Assembly: GCA_016716385.1 (NCBI GenBank)
Contig: JADJWL010000006.1
Location: 16,399 to 80,398, forward strand
Length of the DNA stretch: 64,000 nt
Direction: 5' to 3'
DNA from: Bryobacterales bacterium
GTDB taxonomy: Bacteria > Acidobacteriota > Terriglobia > Bryobacterales > Bryobacteraceae
The position numbers and the translations under genes are program-made. Below, one piece after another: positions 37,517 through 50,855 of this stretch. Numbering within the stretch: position 1 is the first letter of the stretch; the number at the start of each line of letters is the position of its first letter. Under the pieces are notes generated by a model, which had not been told where the DNA came from, did no database searches, and saw only the letters and a list, made by a program, of their open reading frames with translations.

Positions 37517-40500
37517 ATGTGGCTGATCCACATCGCCATGCGCCGGCCGGTGACTGTGCTGATGGTGATTGCCGGCGTAGCGCTCTGCTCCATCCTCGCG
37601 ATCCAGCGCATGAAGGCCGACATCTTCCCGCAACTGGGCACGCCGGTCATCTACGTCGCGCAGCCCTACGGCGGCATGGATCCGGCGCAGATGGAAGGGT
37701 ACCTCGTCAACTATTACGAGTATCACTTCCTTTACATCAGCGGCATTGATTACGTCGAGTCGCGCTCCATCCAGGGCGCTTCGATCATGAAGCTGCACTT
37801 CCACGAGGGCACGGACATGGCACAGGCCATGGCCGAGACGGTGGCGCAGGTGAACCGGTCGCGCGCATTCATGCCGCCAGGCACGGTGCCGCCCTTCGTA
37901 ACCCGCTTCGACGCCGGCAGCGTCCCCGTTGGCTACCTAGTGTTCTCGAGTGAGACGCGCAATGTCGATGAGATCTCCGACCTGGCGCTGTTCCGCGTAC
38001 GTCCGATGTTCTCGCGCCTTCCGGGCGTCTCGGCGCCGCCTCCGTTCGGCGGCACTGCGCGCAGTCTTGTCGTGCGGGTGGATCCGGACAAGCTGCGCGC
38101 GTACGGCCTTTCTCCAGACGAAGTCGTTCAGGCGATCGCTACTACCAACACTTTGTCGCCCTCCGGCAATCTGCGAATGGGCGACCTCAACCGGATCGCG
38201 CCGCTCAACGCGACCGTGATCGAAGCCGCGGAGTTGAACGACATCCCGATCCGCCGCGGCGTAGGCCCCACGGTCTTCCTGCGCGATATCGGCTACGCCG
38301 AGGACGCGGCGGACATCCTCACGAGCTATGCGCTGGTGAATGGACGCCGCGCCGTCTACATCGCCGCAACCAAGCGCGCCGACGCCTCCACTCTCGACGT
38401 CGTCCGCAACATCCGCCAGGCGCTGCCGTCGTTCCGCGCGGCGATTCCCGAGGATATCGCAGTCTCGTTCGAACTCGACCAATCGTTTTACGTCACCAAC
38501 GCTCTGCGGGCGCTGCTCCAGGAGGGTCTCATGAGCGCCGCGCTGACCGGACTCATGATTCTGTTGATGCTGCGCAGCCTGCGGACCGCGCTGGTGGTGG
38601 TCACGACGATTCCTGTCGCGCTGCTTTCGGCGGTTGTTGCGCTCTGGGCCTTCGGACAATCTTTGAACCTGATGACACTGGGCGGCCTGACGCTGGCGAT
38701 CGGCATTCTCGTGGATGAATCGGTGGTTGCGGTGGAGAACATCCACACGCATCTCGGGCGCGACAAGTCGACCGCACGCGCGGTGCTCGAAGCCAGCCGC
38801 GAAGTGGTGGTTCCACGTCTGCTGGCTATGTTGTCGGTGGTGGCGGTATTCGCGCCGTCGTTCTTCATGGCGGGCGTGGCCCGAGCGATGTTCGTCCCGC
38901 TCGGTCTCGCGGTTGCCTTCGCGATGATCGCGTCCTACTTTCTGGCGAGCACGCTAGTGCCGGTTCTTGAAACGTGGCTGAACCGGGGTTACCGGAAGCG
39001 CGAGGAGGCCGCCGGGTGGTTCGACCGGTTCGGCGGGTTCTCCGCGCACTTGATGGCGTATCGGTGGGTCATCCTCGGCGTCTACCTCGTCTCCGCTTCC
39101 GCGATCGTCTTCTTTGTGGGCCGCGGCTTGGGCACGGACATCTTTCCGCCAATGGACACGGGGCTCGTCCAGATGCGCCTGCGCGCGCCGACGGGGACGC
39201 GCGTCGAGCGCACCGAGCGCATTGTGCAGCAGGTTCTGGCAGAGATTCACGCGCAAGCTGGAGAGTCGAATGTTGCCAGCTCGCTTGCGTTTATCGGCGT
39301 GCAGCCTTCTGCATATCCCGTGAACCTGATCTTCCTGTGGACCAGCGGCCCCCACGAGGCCGTGATGCAGGTTTCGTTGCGGCCCGGGGTCTCCACCGCG
39401 GAGCTCCAGGAGCGGCTGCGCCGCCGGATTCCCGAGATCTCTCCAGGGACCAGCGTCACCTTCGAAGCAGCCGATCTGGTTAGCCAGGTAATGAGCTTCG
39501 GCGCGCCGACGCCGGTCGAGGTCGCGGTGACCAGTCCGAATCTTGCAGTGAATCGCCAGTACGCCGATTCGATTGCCGCGGCATTGGGCAAACTGGATAC
39601 CTTGCGTGACGTCGCCCTGGGCGAGCTGCTCGACTACCCAGCTGTGAACATCCGCGTCGACCGCGAGCGCGCCGCTCAGCTTGGCGTCACCATGACCGAT
39701 ATCGGGCGGGCGCTTGCGCCGGCGACGTGGTCGAGCCGCTTCACGACACCGGTGTACTGGGCCGACCCGAGGTCCGGCATTGCCTACCAGGTGCAGGTCG
39801 AGATCCCGCAGTCGCGGCTTTCCTCCGTGGAAGACCTGCAGCGGATTCCCGTGCGGACAGGCACTCTGTTGAGCGACCTGGCGGACTTGAGTTTGGGGAA
39901 TACGACGGGCGAGTATCATCGCTACAACATGCAGCGCATGATCACTGTGAATGCCAACATCCGGGGGACGGATCTCGAAACCGCCTCCCGGCAGATCGAC
40001 GCGGTGCTCCAGGGGCTTCCGGAGCCGCCTCGCGGAGTCAGTGTCACGGTGCGGGGACAACTCGCGCCGCTGGCAGTCATGGTCGAGAATCTGACGCTTG
40101 GTTTATCGCTGTCGATCGTTGCGGTGTTTCTGCTTCTGGCTGCGTATTTCCAGTCGATCCGTGTCGCGTTCACGGTTCTGCTGGCGATCCCCTCGGTGCT
40201 GGCGGGGGTCAGCCTGGCGCTGCTGGTCACCGGGACAACGCTCAATCTGCAATCGTTCATGGGGGCGATGATGGCGGTCGGCATCTCGGTTGCGAACACG
40301 ATCCTGCTGTGCACATTCGCCGACCAGGCGCGGCGCGGCGGGCTCCCCGCCGCCGAAGCCGCGGCCGAAGCCGCGCGCACCCGCATCCGGCCCGTTCTGA
40401 TGACCAGCATCGTGATGATCTCCGGCATGATGCCTCTGGCCTTAGGTTCGGCGCAGACGGCGCCGCTCGGCATCGCCGTGATCGGGGGGCTGGCGGCAGC

Positions 40501-40621
40501 GACCTTCACGACGCTGTTCGTCATTCCCGCGGCGTTCGCCATCGTCGAAGGCCGCAGCAGCACGGCATCGCCGTCGATCGATCCGGATGATCCAGGGAGT
40601 CCGCACTATGACCGGGCGTAA
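37517..40621 (+). CDS. RND efflux transporter permease (AcrB/CzcA superfamily)
   Basis: 1034-aa protein with 12 TM segments and two large periplasmic loops, plus '[22 protein letters not shown]' and '[17 protein letters not shown]'. Confidence 0.95.
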   Translation: MWLIHIAMRRPVTVLMVIAGVALCSILAIQRMKADIFPQLGTPVIYVAQPYGGMDPAQMEGYLVNYYEYHFLYISGIDYVESRSIQGASIMKLHFHEGTDMAQAMAETVAQVNRSRAFMPPGTVPPFVTRFDAGSVPVGYLVFSSETRNVDEISDLALFRVRPMFSRLPGVSAPPPFGGTARSLVVRVDPDKLRAYGLSPDEVVQAIATTNTLSPSGNLRMGDLNRIAPLNATVIEAAELNDIPIRRGVGPTVFLRDIGYAEDAADILTSYALVNGRRAVYIAATKRADASTLDVVRNIRQALPSFRAAIPEDIAVSFELDQSFYVTNALRALLQEGLMSAALTGLMILLMLRSLRTALVVVTTIPVALLSAVVALWAFGQSLNLMTLGGLTLAIGILVDESVVAVENIHTHLGRDKSTARAVLEASREVVVPRLLAMLSVVAVFAPSFFMAGVARAMFVPLGLAVAFAMIASYFLASTLVPVLETWLNRGYRKREEAAGWFDRFGGFSAHLMAYRWVILGVYLVSASAIVFFVGRGLGTDIFPPMDTGLVQMRLRAPTGTRVERTERIVQQVLAEIHAQAGESNVASSLAFIGVQPSAYPVNLIFLWTSGPHEAVMQVSLRPGVSTAELQERLRRRIPEISPGTSVTFEAADLVSQVMSFGAPTPVEVAVTSPNLAVNRQYADSIAAALGKLDTLRDVALGELLDYPAVNIRVDRERAAQLGVTMTDIGRALAPATWSSRFTTPVYWADPRSGIAYQVQVEIPQSRLSSVEDLQRIPVRTGTLLSDLADLSLGNTTGEYHRYNMQRMITVNANIRGTDLETASRQIDAVLQGLPEPPRGVSVTVRGQLAPLAVMVENLTLGLSLSIVAVFLLLAAYFQSIRVAFTVLLAIPSVLAGVSLALLVTGTTLNLQSFMGAMMAVGISVANTILLCTFADQARRGGLPAAEAAAEAARTRIRPVLMTSIVMISGMMPLALGSAQTAPLGIAVIGGLAAATFTTLFVIPAAFAIVEGRSSTASPSIDPDDPGSPHYDRA

Positions 40622-41711
40622 GAATACCGTTCTCAGCTTCTGCATTCTCGGCCTCGCCTCCAGCGCATTCGCCCAGGAGCCGGTACGGGCGAAACTGGTC
40701 GAGGTGATCTCGAGGCCGCTCGAAGGAACGTCCACACTGCCCGGCGAGCTTGCGTCCTTCCGCACGATCGGCGTCCATGCGCGCGTCTCGGGGTTTGTCG
40801 AGTCGGTTCGGGTCGACCGGGGCTCGAAAGTCCGCAAAGGCGACGTCCTGGCCACGGTCACGGCGCCGGAAATGGAGGCGCGGGTCGCGGAATTGCGGGC
40901 GCGCGTCGTCGAGGTGGAGTCGCGGCGGGCGGAGGCGCAAGCCCGGCTTGTCGCGGCGGAGAGTACGTTGAACCGCTTGCGCGAGGCGGCCAGGACGCCG
41001 GGAGTTGTGGCGGGCAACGACATCGTCCTGGCGGAGGCGGCAGTGGAAGCGGAGCGGGGCAGGATCGCCTCGATTGACAAGAGCGCCGAGGCGGCGAGGG
41101 CGTCGGTCGCTGCCTTTGAGGAAATGATGCGATACCTCGATGTCCGCGCGGAGTTCGACGGCGTCATCTCTGAGCGGCTCGCGCATGAAGGGAGCCTCGC
41201 CGGACCCGAGAACAAGGAAGGACAGCCGCTGTTCCAGCTTGACCAGGTGGATCGCCTGCGCCTGGTGGTGGCGGTGCCGGAGTCTTTGGTGGGAGGCATC
41301 CGGCGCGGTGCGCGCGTCACCTTCCAGGTGGCCGCCCACCGCGGAGAGGCCTTCACGGGCGTGGTCGCCCGGCCGGCGCTCACGGTAGATGCAAAGACGC
41401 GGACGATGCCGGTCGAGCTCGACGTGCAAAACCCCGGCGGCCGTCTGGCTCCGGGAATGTACGCCGAGGTTGCCTGGCCGCAAGGCCGCGGACGGCCGAG
41501 CCTGCTGGTGCCGCCGCGCGCGATCAAAGCAACGACCGAGCGCGTGTTCGTGGTCCGGGTGGCGGAGGGCGCCGCCGAATGGGTCGACGTGCGGCGCGGG
41601 GCGCAGGTGGGCGATCTTGTCGAGGTGTTCGGCGATCTCCGCGCCGGCGACCGGATCTTCGAGCGCGCCACCGACGAGGTCCGGCCGGGGGCCAGGGTGA
41701 CGGCGGAATGA
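40608..41711 (+). CDS. RND efflux periplasmic adaptor (membrane-fusion protein, HlyD family)
   Basis: Signal '[16 protein letters not shown]', lipoyl-like '[14 protein letters not shown]', a coiled coil, and beta-barrel '[17 protein letters not shown]'. Start at ATG 40608 has GGGAG 8 nt upstream. Confidence 0.88.
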   Translation: MTGRKNTVLSFCILGLASSAFAQEPVRAKLVEVISRPLEGTSTLPGELASFRTIGVHARVSGFVESVRVDRGSKVRKGDVLATVTAPEMEARVAELRARVVEVESRRAEAQARLVAAESTLNRLREAARTPGVVAGNDIVLAEAAVEAERGRIASIDKSAEAARASVAAFEEMMRYLDVRAEFDGVISERLAHEGSLAGPENKEGQPLFQLDQVDRLRLVVAVPESLVGGIRRGARVTFQVAAHRGEAFTGVVARPALTVDAKTRTMPVELDVQNPGGRLAPGMYAEVAWPQGRGRPSLLVPPRAIKATTERVFVVRVAEGAAEWVDVRRGAQVGDLVEVFGDLRAGDRIFERATDEVRPGARVTAE

Positions 41712-42220
41712 AACGTCTGATCCTCTCTGGGACGTGGGTCCTCGCCATGCTGATGGCTGCTCAGCAGGTCCCCGAACTGGGTTCGAAGACGAGGATTCCG
41801 GTCAAGGCGATATCGGTCGTGCTCTTCCAGCCGGCCACGCCTGAGGCGGTCAAGGCCCTAGCCGGGCGGCTGGAACCGCTTGGCGTGCAGGTGACGGCGA
41901 GCAGCGAGACGGCTCCGTACGCCCTCCTGGTGGACAAGGGCCGTTTCGTCCGCCGCGTCTTCCGCGAGCGCCAGAGCATCCCGGAAGAGGTCAGACTGTG
42001 GCTTGCGGGGAGGGCAATGTACCGCTCGCAATGCGCCCGCTGCCACGGCGAGGATGGCCGCGACGAAGGCTACCCCGGGACCAAATCGATGGCGGGCATC
42101 GGCAACCGGTATTCGGAAGACGAGATCGAACGCCGCACCGGACTGGCGGGCTTCGTCGACCTGAGCTCTTTGACCGTTGAGCAGCGCCGCGCCTTGACGA
42201 TCTTCACCGCGGGCCTGTGA
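41708..42220 (+). CDS. exported protein with C-terminal mono-haem cytochrome c domain
   Basis: ATGA overlap with the MFP stop, signal 'WVLAMLMAAQQ', and a single 'CARCH' haem-binding motif. Confidence 0.65.
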   Translation: MKRLILSGTWVLAMLMAAQQVPELGSKTRIPVKAISVVLFQPATPEAVKALAGRLEPLGVQVTASSETAPYALLVDKGRFVRRVFRERQSIPEEVRLWLAGRAMYRSQCARCHGEDGRDEGYPGTKSMAGIGNRYSEDEIERRTGLAGFVDLSSLTVEQRRALTIFTAGL

Positions 42221-42252
42221 AGGCCCCCGGGGCGGTAGAATCGGGGTAATCG

Positions 42253-43842
<1,590 letters not shown>

Positions 43843-43875
43843 CGCTCCCGCCCGCCTACCAGGCCGCGCGGGAAC

Positions 43876-44280
43876 GTGCCCAGACCGATGGAACAGCGAA
43901 TTCGGGTGCTGGTTGCGAAACCGGGGCTCGACGGACATGACCGGGGCGCGAAAATCATCGCCCGTGCCCTCCGCGATGCGGGCATGGAGGTGATCTACAC
44001 GGGCTTGCGCCAAACCCCCGAGATGATCGTCGAAGCCGCGCTCCAGGAAGACGTGCAGGTGATCGGGCTGTCGATCCTGTCCGGCGCGCATGGCGCCATC
44101 GTGCCCCGCGTTCTCGAATTGCTCCGGCAGAAGGAGATGGACGACGTGAAGGTCATTGTAGGCGGGATCGTCCCCGACGAGGATGCCAGCGAATTGAAGC
44201 GGCTCGGCGTGGCCGGTGTGTTCCAACCCGGCGCCAGCCTCAACGAGATTGTCGAGTTTGTGCGGAGTCTGGTGGTATGA
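43876..44280 (+). CDS. acyl-CoA mutase small subunit, cobalamin-binding domain
   Basis: B12-binding 'DGHDRG' (DxHxxG), 'GLSILSGAH' and 'VGGI'. The start may be the MEQRIRV at 43888. Confidence 0.9.
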   Translation: MPRPMEQRIRVLVAKPGLDGHDRGAKIIARALRDAGMEVIYTGLRQTPEMIVEAALQEDVQVIGLSILSGAHGAIVPRVLELLRQKEMDDVKVIVGGIVPDEDASELKRLGVAGVFQPGASLNEIVEFVRSLVV

Positions 44281-45587
44281 ATACACGCCCCGCGAAAGGA
44301 TTGGATGGAATGCAGGAGAAGTTGAAGATTGCGGTGTTTATCGACTTTGACAACATCGAGATCGGTGTGAAGTCGACGCTGCAGCGGGAGTTTGACGTCG
44401 CGGCCGTGCTGGATGCGCTGAAGGAGCGCGGCGAGATTGTGACCAAGGTGGCTTATGCCAACTGGGGCCGCATGGAGACGTCGACGAAGCGGATGGCCGA
44501 GCACGCGGTGCAGATGGTGCAGCGCGACCCCTCTCCGCGCGGGGACAAGAACGGCGCGGACATCAACCTGTCGCTGGACGCGCTGGAAATGGCCTTCACG
44601 CACGATCATATCAACGCGTTCGCCATCGTCAGCGGCGACAGCGATTTCATCGCGCTGGTCAATAAGTTGAAGCAGTACAACAAGGTGGTGTTCGTCGTGG
44701 GTGGCCGGGCGTTCACGAGCACGATTCTGCAGAAGAACTGTCACGAGTTCGTCAGCTATGAGTCGCTGCTGGACGACGGACCGAAGCGGAGCCCGCAAGG
44801 TGGCAGCGGCGGCAGCCAGGGCGACCGCGGGCCGCGCCCGCCGCGCCGGCAGCCGCTCGAACTGGCCCAGGCCATGCCTCTGGTGGACCGGGCGCTGCAG
44901 GCGCTCGAGCGCCGCGAAGTGCGGCCGCAGCTTGGCCTGCTCAAGTCGACCATGCTGCAACTCGATTCGAGTTTCAGCGAGAAGGCATACGGCGCCGGGT
45001 CATTCAGTGACTTCGTGGAGAAGCTGAACAAGGCCAACCTGATCACGGTGACCGGCGGCGAGGGCCGGTATCTCATTGCTCGCAAGGGCCTGTCGGAGCC
45101 GGACAAGAAGACCGTTCACCCCGAGGAAGCGCTGCCCGCGTTGCGGGAGGTGTTGGAGACGCACCGCCTGGAGGTGGATGGCGGAATCCCCTCGGATACT
45201 CTGCAGGAATGGGTGAAGGGGGAGTTCCCGGACTTTGACTGGGCCCGCTTCGGATTCCAGGAGTTCGGCGAACTATTGAACTACGCGCAGGATCAACTGG
45301 TCGTGCGGCTCGAACCGACCGAGGAATCGGGAGTGATCGTCTTCCTGGGAGCGGAATTCCACCCGCCGGCGGAGCCGGAACGGGAACCGGAGCCGCTGTC
45401 GGATGAAGAGGATGACGGGCCGCAACCGGTCGTGCCGGGCCAGCCGACCGCGGTCGAAGTGAACGATCCGCCGCCGCCGAAGGCTCCGGTGAAGCGGACC
45501 GCCCGGAAGCGTACCCCGAAAGTTGTGGACGGCAATACTGTGAAGCCCCCGCGTCCGCGGCGTCCGCGGAAGAAGCCGGACGCTTAG
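44277..45587 (+). CDS. NYN (LabA/PIN-like) ribonuclease domain protein with two OST-HTH/LOTUS domains and a basic disordered tail
   Basis: NYN core '[12 protein letters not shown]', 'GADINLSLD' and '[17 protein letters not shown]'. LOTUS-like '[14 protein letters not shown]' and '[12 protein letters not shown]'. ATGA overlap with the mutase small subunit. Confidence 0.8.
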   Translation: MNTRPAKGLDGMQEKLKIAVFIDFDNIEIGVKSTLQREFDVAAVLDALKERGEIVTKVAYANWGRMETSTKRMAEHAVQMVQRDPSPRGDKNGADINLSLDALEMAFTHDHINAFAIVSGDSDFIALVNKLKQYNKVVFVVGGRAFTSTILQKNCHEFVSYESLLDDGPKRSPQGGSGGSQGDRGPRPPRRQPLELAQAMPLVDRALQALERREVRPQLGLLKSTMLQLDSSFSEKAYGAGSFSDFVEKLNKANLITVTGGEGRYLIARKGLSEPDKKTVHPEEALPALREVLETHRLEVDGGIPSDTLQEWVKGEFPDFDWARFGFQEFGELLNYAQDQLVVRLEPTEESGVIVFLGAEFHPPAEPEREPEPLSDEEDDGPQPVVPGQPTAVEVNDPPPPKAPVKRTARKRTPKVVDGNTVKPPRPRRPRKKPDA

Positions 45588-45613
45588 GCTCCACTCCACT
45601 CCTGAACTCGCCT

Positions 45614-45652
45614 GGCGGGCCGATATGTCCTAGTAAGGACAGAAGGCCCGCC
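45614..45652 (+). promoter_or_regulatory. nested GC-rich hairpin abutting the flbD start codon and containing its AAGGA Shine-Dalgarno
   Basis: GGCGGGCC-GAUA-UGUCC-UAGUAA-GGACA-GAA-GGCCCGCC is immediately followed by ATG 45653. It has an outer 8-bp stem and an inner 5-bp stem. Confidence 0.5.
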
Positions 45653-45871
45653 ATGATCAAACTCACCCGCCTCAACCACGAGCCCCTAGTCCTGAACTCG
45701 GATCTCATCGAGTACATGGAAGCGACCCCCGACACCGTGATTACTCTCACGACCGGGCAGAAGCTGATGGTGCAGGAGCACGCGGATGAAGTCATCGAAC
45801 GCGTGATCCGCTTCCGGCGCGCGGTCCTGGAGCCGGCCCTGCGCACGGCGGGAGCGGGCGATGCCTCGTAG
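45653..45871 (+). CDS. flbD: flagellar protein FlbD
   Basis: 'MIKLTRLNHEPLVLNSDLIEYMEATPDTVITLTTGQKLMVQE' matches the FlbD family pattern, and it sits upstream of motA/motB. Confidence 0.85.
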   Translation: MIKLTRLNHEPLVLNSDLIEYMEATPDTVITLTTGQKLMVQEHADEVIERVIRFRRAVLEPALRTAGAGDAS

Positions 45872-46673
45872 TATGTCCGCCAGGCGTCCAGGCCGTCTGG
45901 ACGTTGCCACGGTTGCGGGTCTGGCACTGGCCGTTGGCGGCATCGTCGGCGGGCTGGTTTGGGAAGGCGGCCACGTTCAGGAGATCCTCAAGCCGACGGC
46001 AGCCGTGATTGTCCTCGGGGGCACGTTCGGCGCCGTGCTCGTCACCAGTTCCATGAAAGCCGTGAACGGTGCGATCCGCGCGTTTGCGGACTTGTTCTTC
46101 GAAGAAACGCACTCGCCGGAGGCTCTGGTCGAGGAGATCGTGGGCTACGCCGCCAAGGCGCGCAAGAGCGGCGTGGTCTCGCTCGAACAGGATGCCGAGA
46201 CCGTCGCCGATCCCTTTCTGCAAAAGGCACTCACTCTGGCCGTTGACGGCACAGATCTGCAGGAGCTGCGCCGCATGATGGAACTCGAGATCGAGGTGGA
46301 GGAGCATCAGGTGGACACTTACGCGCGGGTCTTCGAGAGCGCCGGGGGGTACGCGCCGACCATCGGCATTATCGGCGCGGTTCTCGGCCTGATCCAGGTC
46401 ATGAAACACCTGGCTGACATCGACGAAGTCGGCAAAGGCATCGCCACGGCCTTCGTGGCGACCATCTACGGCGTCGGGTTCGCGAATGTCCTCTTCCTTC
46501 CCGCCGGCGGGAAGTTGCGCGCCCGCGCGCAGGAACGGAGTCGCCAACGAGAACTGGTACTGGAGGGAGTGATCAGCATCGTCGAAGGAATGAATCCGAA
46601 AATGATCCGGTCGAAACTGGCCGCCTACTGTGCCCATGATCCTGCTGTCCCGCGCAAAGCGGCCGCGGCGTGA
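45861..46673 (+). CDS. motA: flagellar motor stator protein MotA (MotA/TolQ/ExbB channel family)
   Basis: Four TM segments, plug/cytoplasmic loop, and the conserved C-terminal 'TIGIIGAVLGLI...ATAFVATIYGVGFANVLFLP'. Confidence 0.85.
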   Translation: MPRSMSARRPGRLDVATVAGLALAVGGIVGGLVWEGGHVQEILKPTAAVIVLGGTFGAVLVTSSMKAVNGAIRAFADLFFEETHSPEALVEEIVGYAAKARKSGVVSLEQDAETVADPFLQKALTLAVDGTDLQELRRMMELEIEVEEHQVDTYARVFESAGGYAPTIGIIGAVLGLIQVMKHLADIDEVGKGIATAFVATIYGVGFANVLFLPAGGKLRARAQERSRQRELVLEGVISIVEGMNPKMIRSKLAAYCAHDPAVPRKAAAA

Positions 46674-46683
46674 GAGTCCCGTC

Positions 46684-47487
46684 ATGGCCCGCAAAAAGCT
46701 CCATCGCACGCACGAGAACCACGAACGGTGGCTCGTTTCTTACGCCGACTTTATCACGCTGCTGTTTGCCTTCTTCGTCGTGATGTTTGCCTCGTCGCAT
46801 GCTGACAAGGGCCGCGCCGAAGTGGTCTCGGAGTCCATCCGCCGGGCGCTGCAGGAGGATCAGTTCGTCTCGGCCATCTCCGGGATCCTGGGCGGCACCA
46901 TCGGCAAGAAGGATCGCGGCAACTACCAGATGAAGGGTCCGGGCGGGATGCACAAGGTCGTCCCGGTGACCGACGCCGCGCCGCCGGTACGTCTCGGCGA
47001 ACTCGTCCCTTCCCTCGATCTGCTCAAGGAGGAACTCAAGGCCGAGATCGATTCCGGCATGCTGCAAGTCCACATGGAAGCCCGCGGGCTGGTGGTGAGT
47101 TTGCGCGAGGCGGCGTTCTTCGCTCCCGGGGACGACTCGGTCAACTCCGGCGTGTTTCCGGTGCTGGAGAGGGTCGCCGGCATCGTCTCGGCGCTGCCCA
47201 ACCGGATCCGCCTCGAAGGGCACACTGACTCGGTCCCGATTCACACCGCGCGCTTCCGGTCGAACTGGGAATTGTCCTCCGCCCGCGGCGTGGCGATGCT
47301 GAGGGCGTTGCAGGAACGATTCGGAGTTCCCGCCAGCCGCATGTCCGTTGGCGGATACGCGGAAACGGTGCCGGTCGAATCGAATGACACCCCCGATGGA
47401 CGCGCCCGGAACCGGCGCGTCGATATCGTGATCCTGAACGAATACGGCGTCCAGGGCGAGCCCAGCCCTACCGAACCGTCACCGTGA
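46684..47487 (+). CDS. motB: flagellar motor stator protein MotB (OmpA-like peptidoglycan-binding C-terminus)
   Basis: 'WLVSYADFITLLFAFFVVMFA' with the conserved Asp, and OmpA-like 'GHTDSVPI...NWELSSARG...RNRRVDIVIL'. Start set at ATG 46684. Confidence 0.88.
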   Translation: MARKKLHRTHENHERWLVSYADFITLLFAFFVVMFASSHADKGRAEVVSESIRRALQEDQFVSAISGILGGTIGKKDRGNYQMKGPGGMHKVVPVTDAAPPVRLGELVPSLDLLKEELKAEIDSGMLQVHMEARGLVVSLREAAFFAPGDDSVNSGVFPVLERVAGIVSALPNRIRLEGHTDSVPIHTARFRSNWELSSARGVAMLRALQERFGVPASRMSVGGYAETVPVESNDTPDGRARNRRVDIVILNEYGVQGEPSPTEPSP

Positions 47488-48094
47488 CGCTGCGCCGCGC
47501 CGTCCGTCCCGATTCCCCCGTCACGGTCAGCGTGTAGGTGGTCGTGCCCTGAGGAACCACGGCAAAGCAACCCATGGGAACCTCGCCCAGCATGGCCACA
47601 TCCGGCGTCAGCGACGGCGTCCCCCCTTCAATCCGAAAACAGAGCGTTGCCCCTTCCCCTGGCGCAACCGTCTCCGGCTTGCCGCTGAAAGAAAGGACGC
47701 GCGGGCCTTCGGGCTGCGGGGGTGGCTCCGGGAGAGGAACTGGCGGTGGAGCGGGGCGTGCTGAGGCGTCCACCCGGACGGTGACGCTCTGCGAAGCCTC
47801 GCCACCCGGCCCGCTGACATGCAGGGTATAGGTGGTTTCCCGCCTTGGATTGACCGGGATGCAGCGGCTCAACGCAGGCCGCAGTTCCCGGACGGGCGGA
47901 TCGATCCGGACTTCGTCGACATTCTCCACGCCGTAGCAGAGCAGCGACGTGTCTCCCGGGGTGACGATCCCCGGGGCTGCGTAGAAATTCAAGATGCGGG
48001 GCGCTGGAGGCTCGGGCGGCTCCTGCGGAGTGGGGGGCGGACTGCCCCCGCACCCCGTCCAGAGCACGACCGCGGCGATCCCAAGGCCCCGCAT
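47468..48094 (-). CDS. lipoprotein with two tandem Ig-like repeats separated by a Pro-rich linker
   Basis: Lipobox 'VVLWTGCGG'. Two roughly 80-aa repeats ('PRILNFYAAPGIVTPGDTSLLCY...TTYTLHVSG' and 'PRVLSFSGKPETVAPGEGATLCF...TTYTLTVTG'). Confidence 0.6.
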   Translation of the reverse strand: MRGLGIAAVVLWTGCGGSPPPTPQEPPEPPAPRILNFYAAPGIVTPGDTSLLCYGVENVDEVRIDPPVRELRPALSRCIPVNPRRETTYTLHVSGPGGEASQSVTVRVDASARPAPPPVPLPEPPPQPEGPRVLSFSGKPETVAPGEGATLCFRIEGGTPSLTPDVAMLGEVPMGCFAVVPQGTTTYTLTVTGESGRTARRSVTVTVR

Positions 48095-48098
48095 CGGA

Positions 48099-50204
<2,106 letters not shown>

Positions 50205-50477
50205 AGAGCCTCCATACCCGGATCCGGTTCATTCCGGACCACGGATGCTTCTGAGAATGGAGTTGACGAGCGGAGGGTGGCCCCGGCGGTCGAGGCGTGG
50301 CTGCGGACCCTACTTGCCATAGGGACCGCTACCGGCATGTACGCGAAGCTTCCGAGTCGATCGATCACGACCCCGGCTACGACTCGCCGGAAATGGACGG
50401 TGCGTCAACCGGATCAGGATGAAGAACGGTGGATCTCGCCATAGCTCTCCCGCCTGCCCCGGGCGGCGCGGAGAACG
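50205..50477 (-). promoter_or_regulatory. structured rpsO-pnp intergenic leader (273 nt), the largest non-coding gap in the window
   Basis: Several stable hairpins are readable on the minus strand, including GGUCCGG-AAUGAA-CCGGAUC just upstream of the pnp GGAGG. A regulatory role is inferred from the known E. coli rpsO-pnp arrangement. Confidence 0.4.
50445..50473 (-). terminator. GC-rich hairpin directly downstream of rpsO (attenuator/processing-site candidate, no U-tract)
   Basis: Minus strand UCUCC(G)CGCC-loop-GGCGGGAGA gives a 9-bp stem with one bulge, starting 5 nt after the rpsO stop. Confidence 0.4.
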
Positions 50478-50747
50478 CTAGCGGCGGAGGCCGAGCTTCT
50501 GAATAATTGCGCGATACCGTTCGGGGGTGTTTTCCCGGAGGTAGGTCAGAAGCCGGCGACGCTTTGCGACCATGATCAGCAAACCGCGCCGGGACGAATG
50601 GTCTTTCTTATGCGTCTTGAAGTGCTCCGTGAGTTGGGCGATCCGCTCACTCAAGAGCGCGATCTGCACTTCTGGCGAACCGGTATCGGACTTGTGAGCC
50701 CGGTGGGTATCCACGATTTGCCGCTTTAGTTCTGTCGCCAGTGCCAT
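50478..50747 (-). CDS. rpsO: 30S ribosomal protein S15
   Basis: 89-aa protein with '[37 protein letters not shown]'. Confidence 0.95.
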   Translation of the reverse strand: MALATELKRQIVDTHRAHKSDTGSPEVQIALLSERIAQLTEHFKTHKKDHSSRRGLLIMVAKRRRLLTYLRENTPERYRAIIQKLGLRR

Positions 50748-50855
50748 TCCTAAGAGTAACTGCTCCTTGTCTTCTCTATCTCGTTTCTATACGGAGTGTA
50801 GGATACCACAAACGGCGGGTCCGCGCGGAATTGGTTGAGTGGGACAATTTGAAGC

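Noticed and set aside
36269-41671. Long minus-strand ORFs (36269-37804, 38954-40060, 40442-41671, 40521-41483) across the efflux operon
   Set aside because: They are antisense to the TolC, RND and MFP genes and have low-complexity translations.
42221-42252. GCCCCCGGGGC palindrome after the cytochrome c gene as a terminator
   Set aside because: The dyad leaves a 1-nt loop, so it cannot form a stable hairpin, and no U-tract follows.
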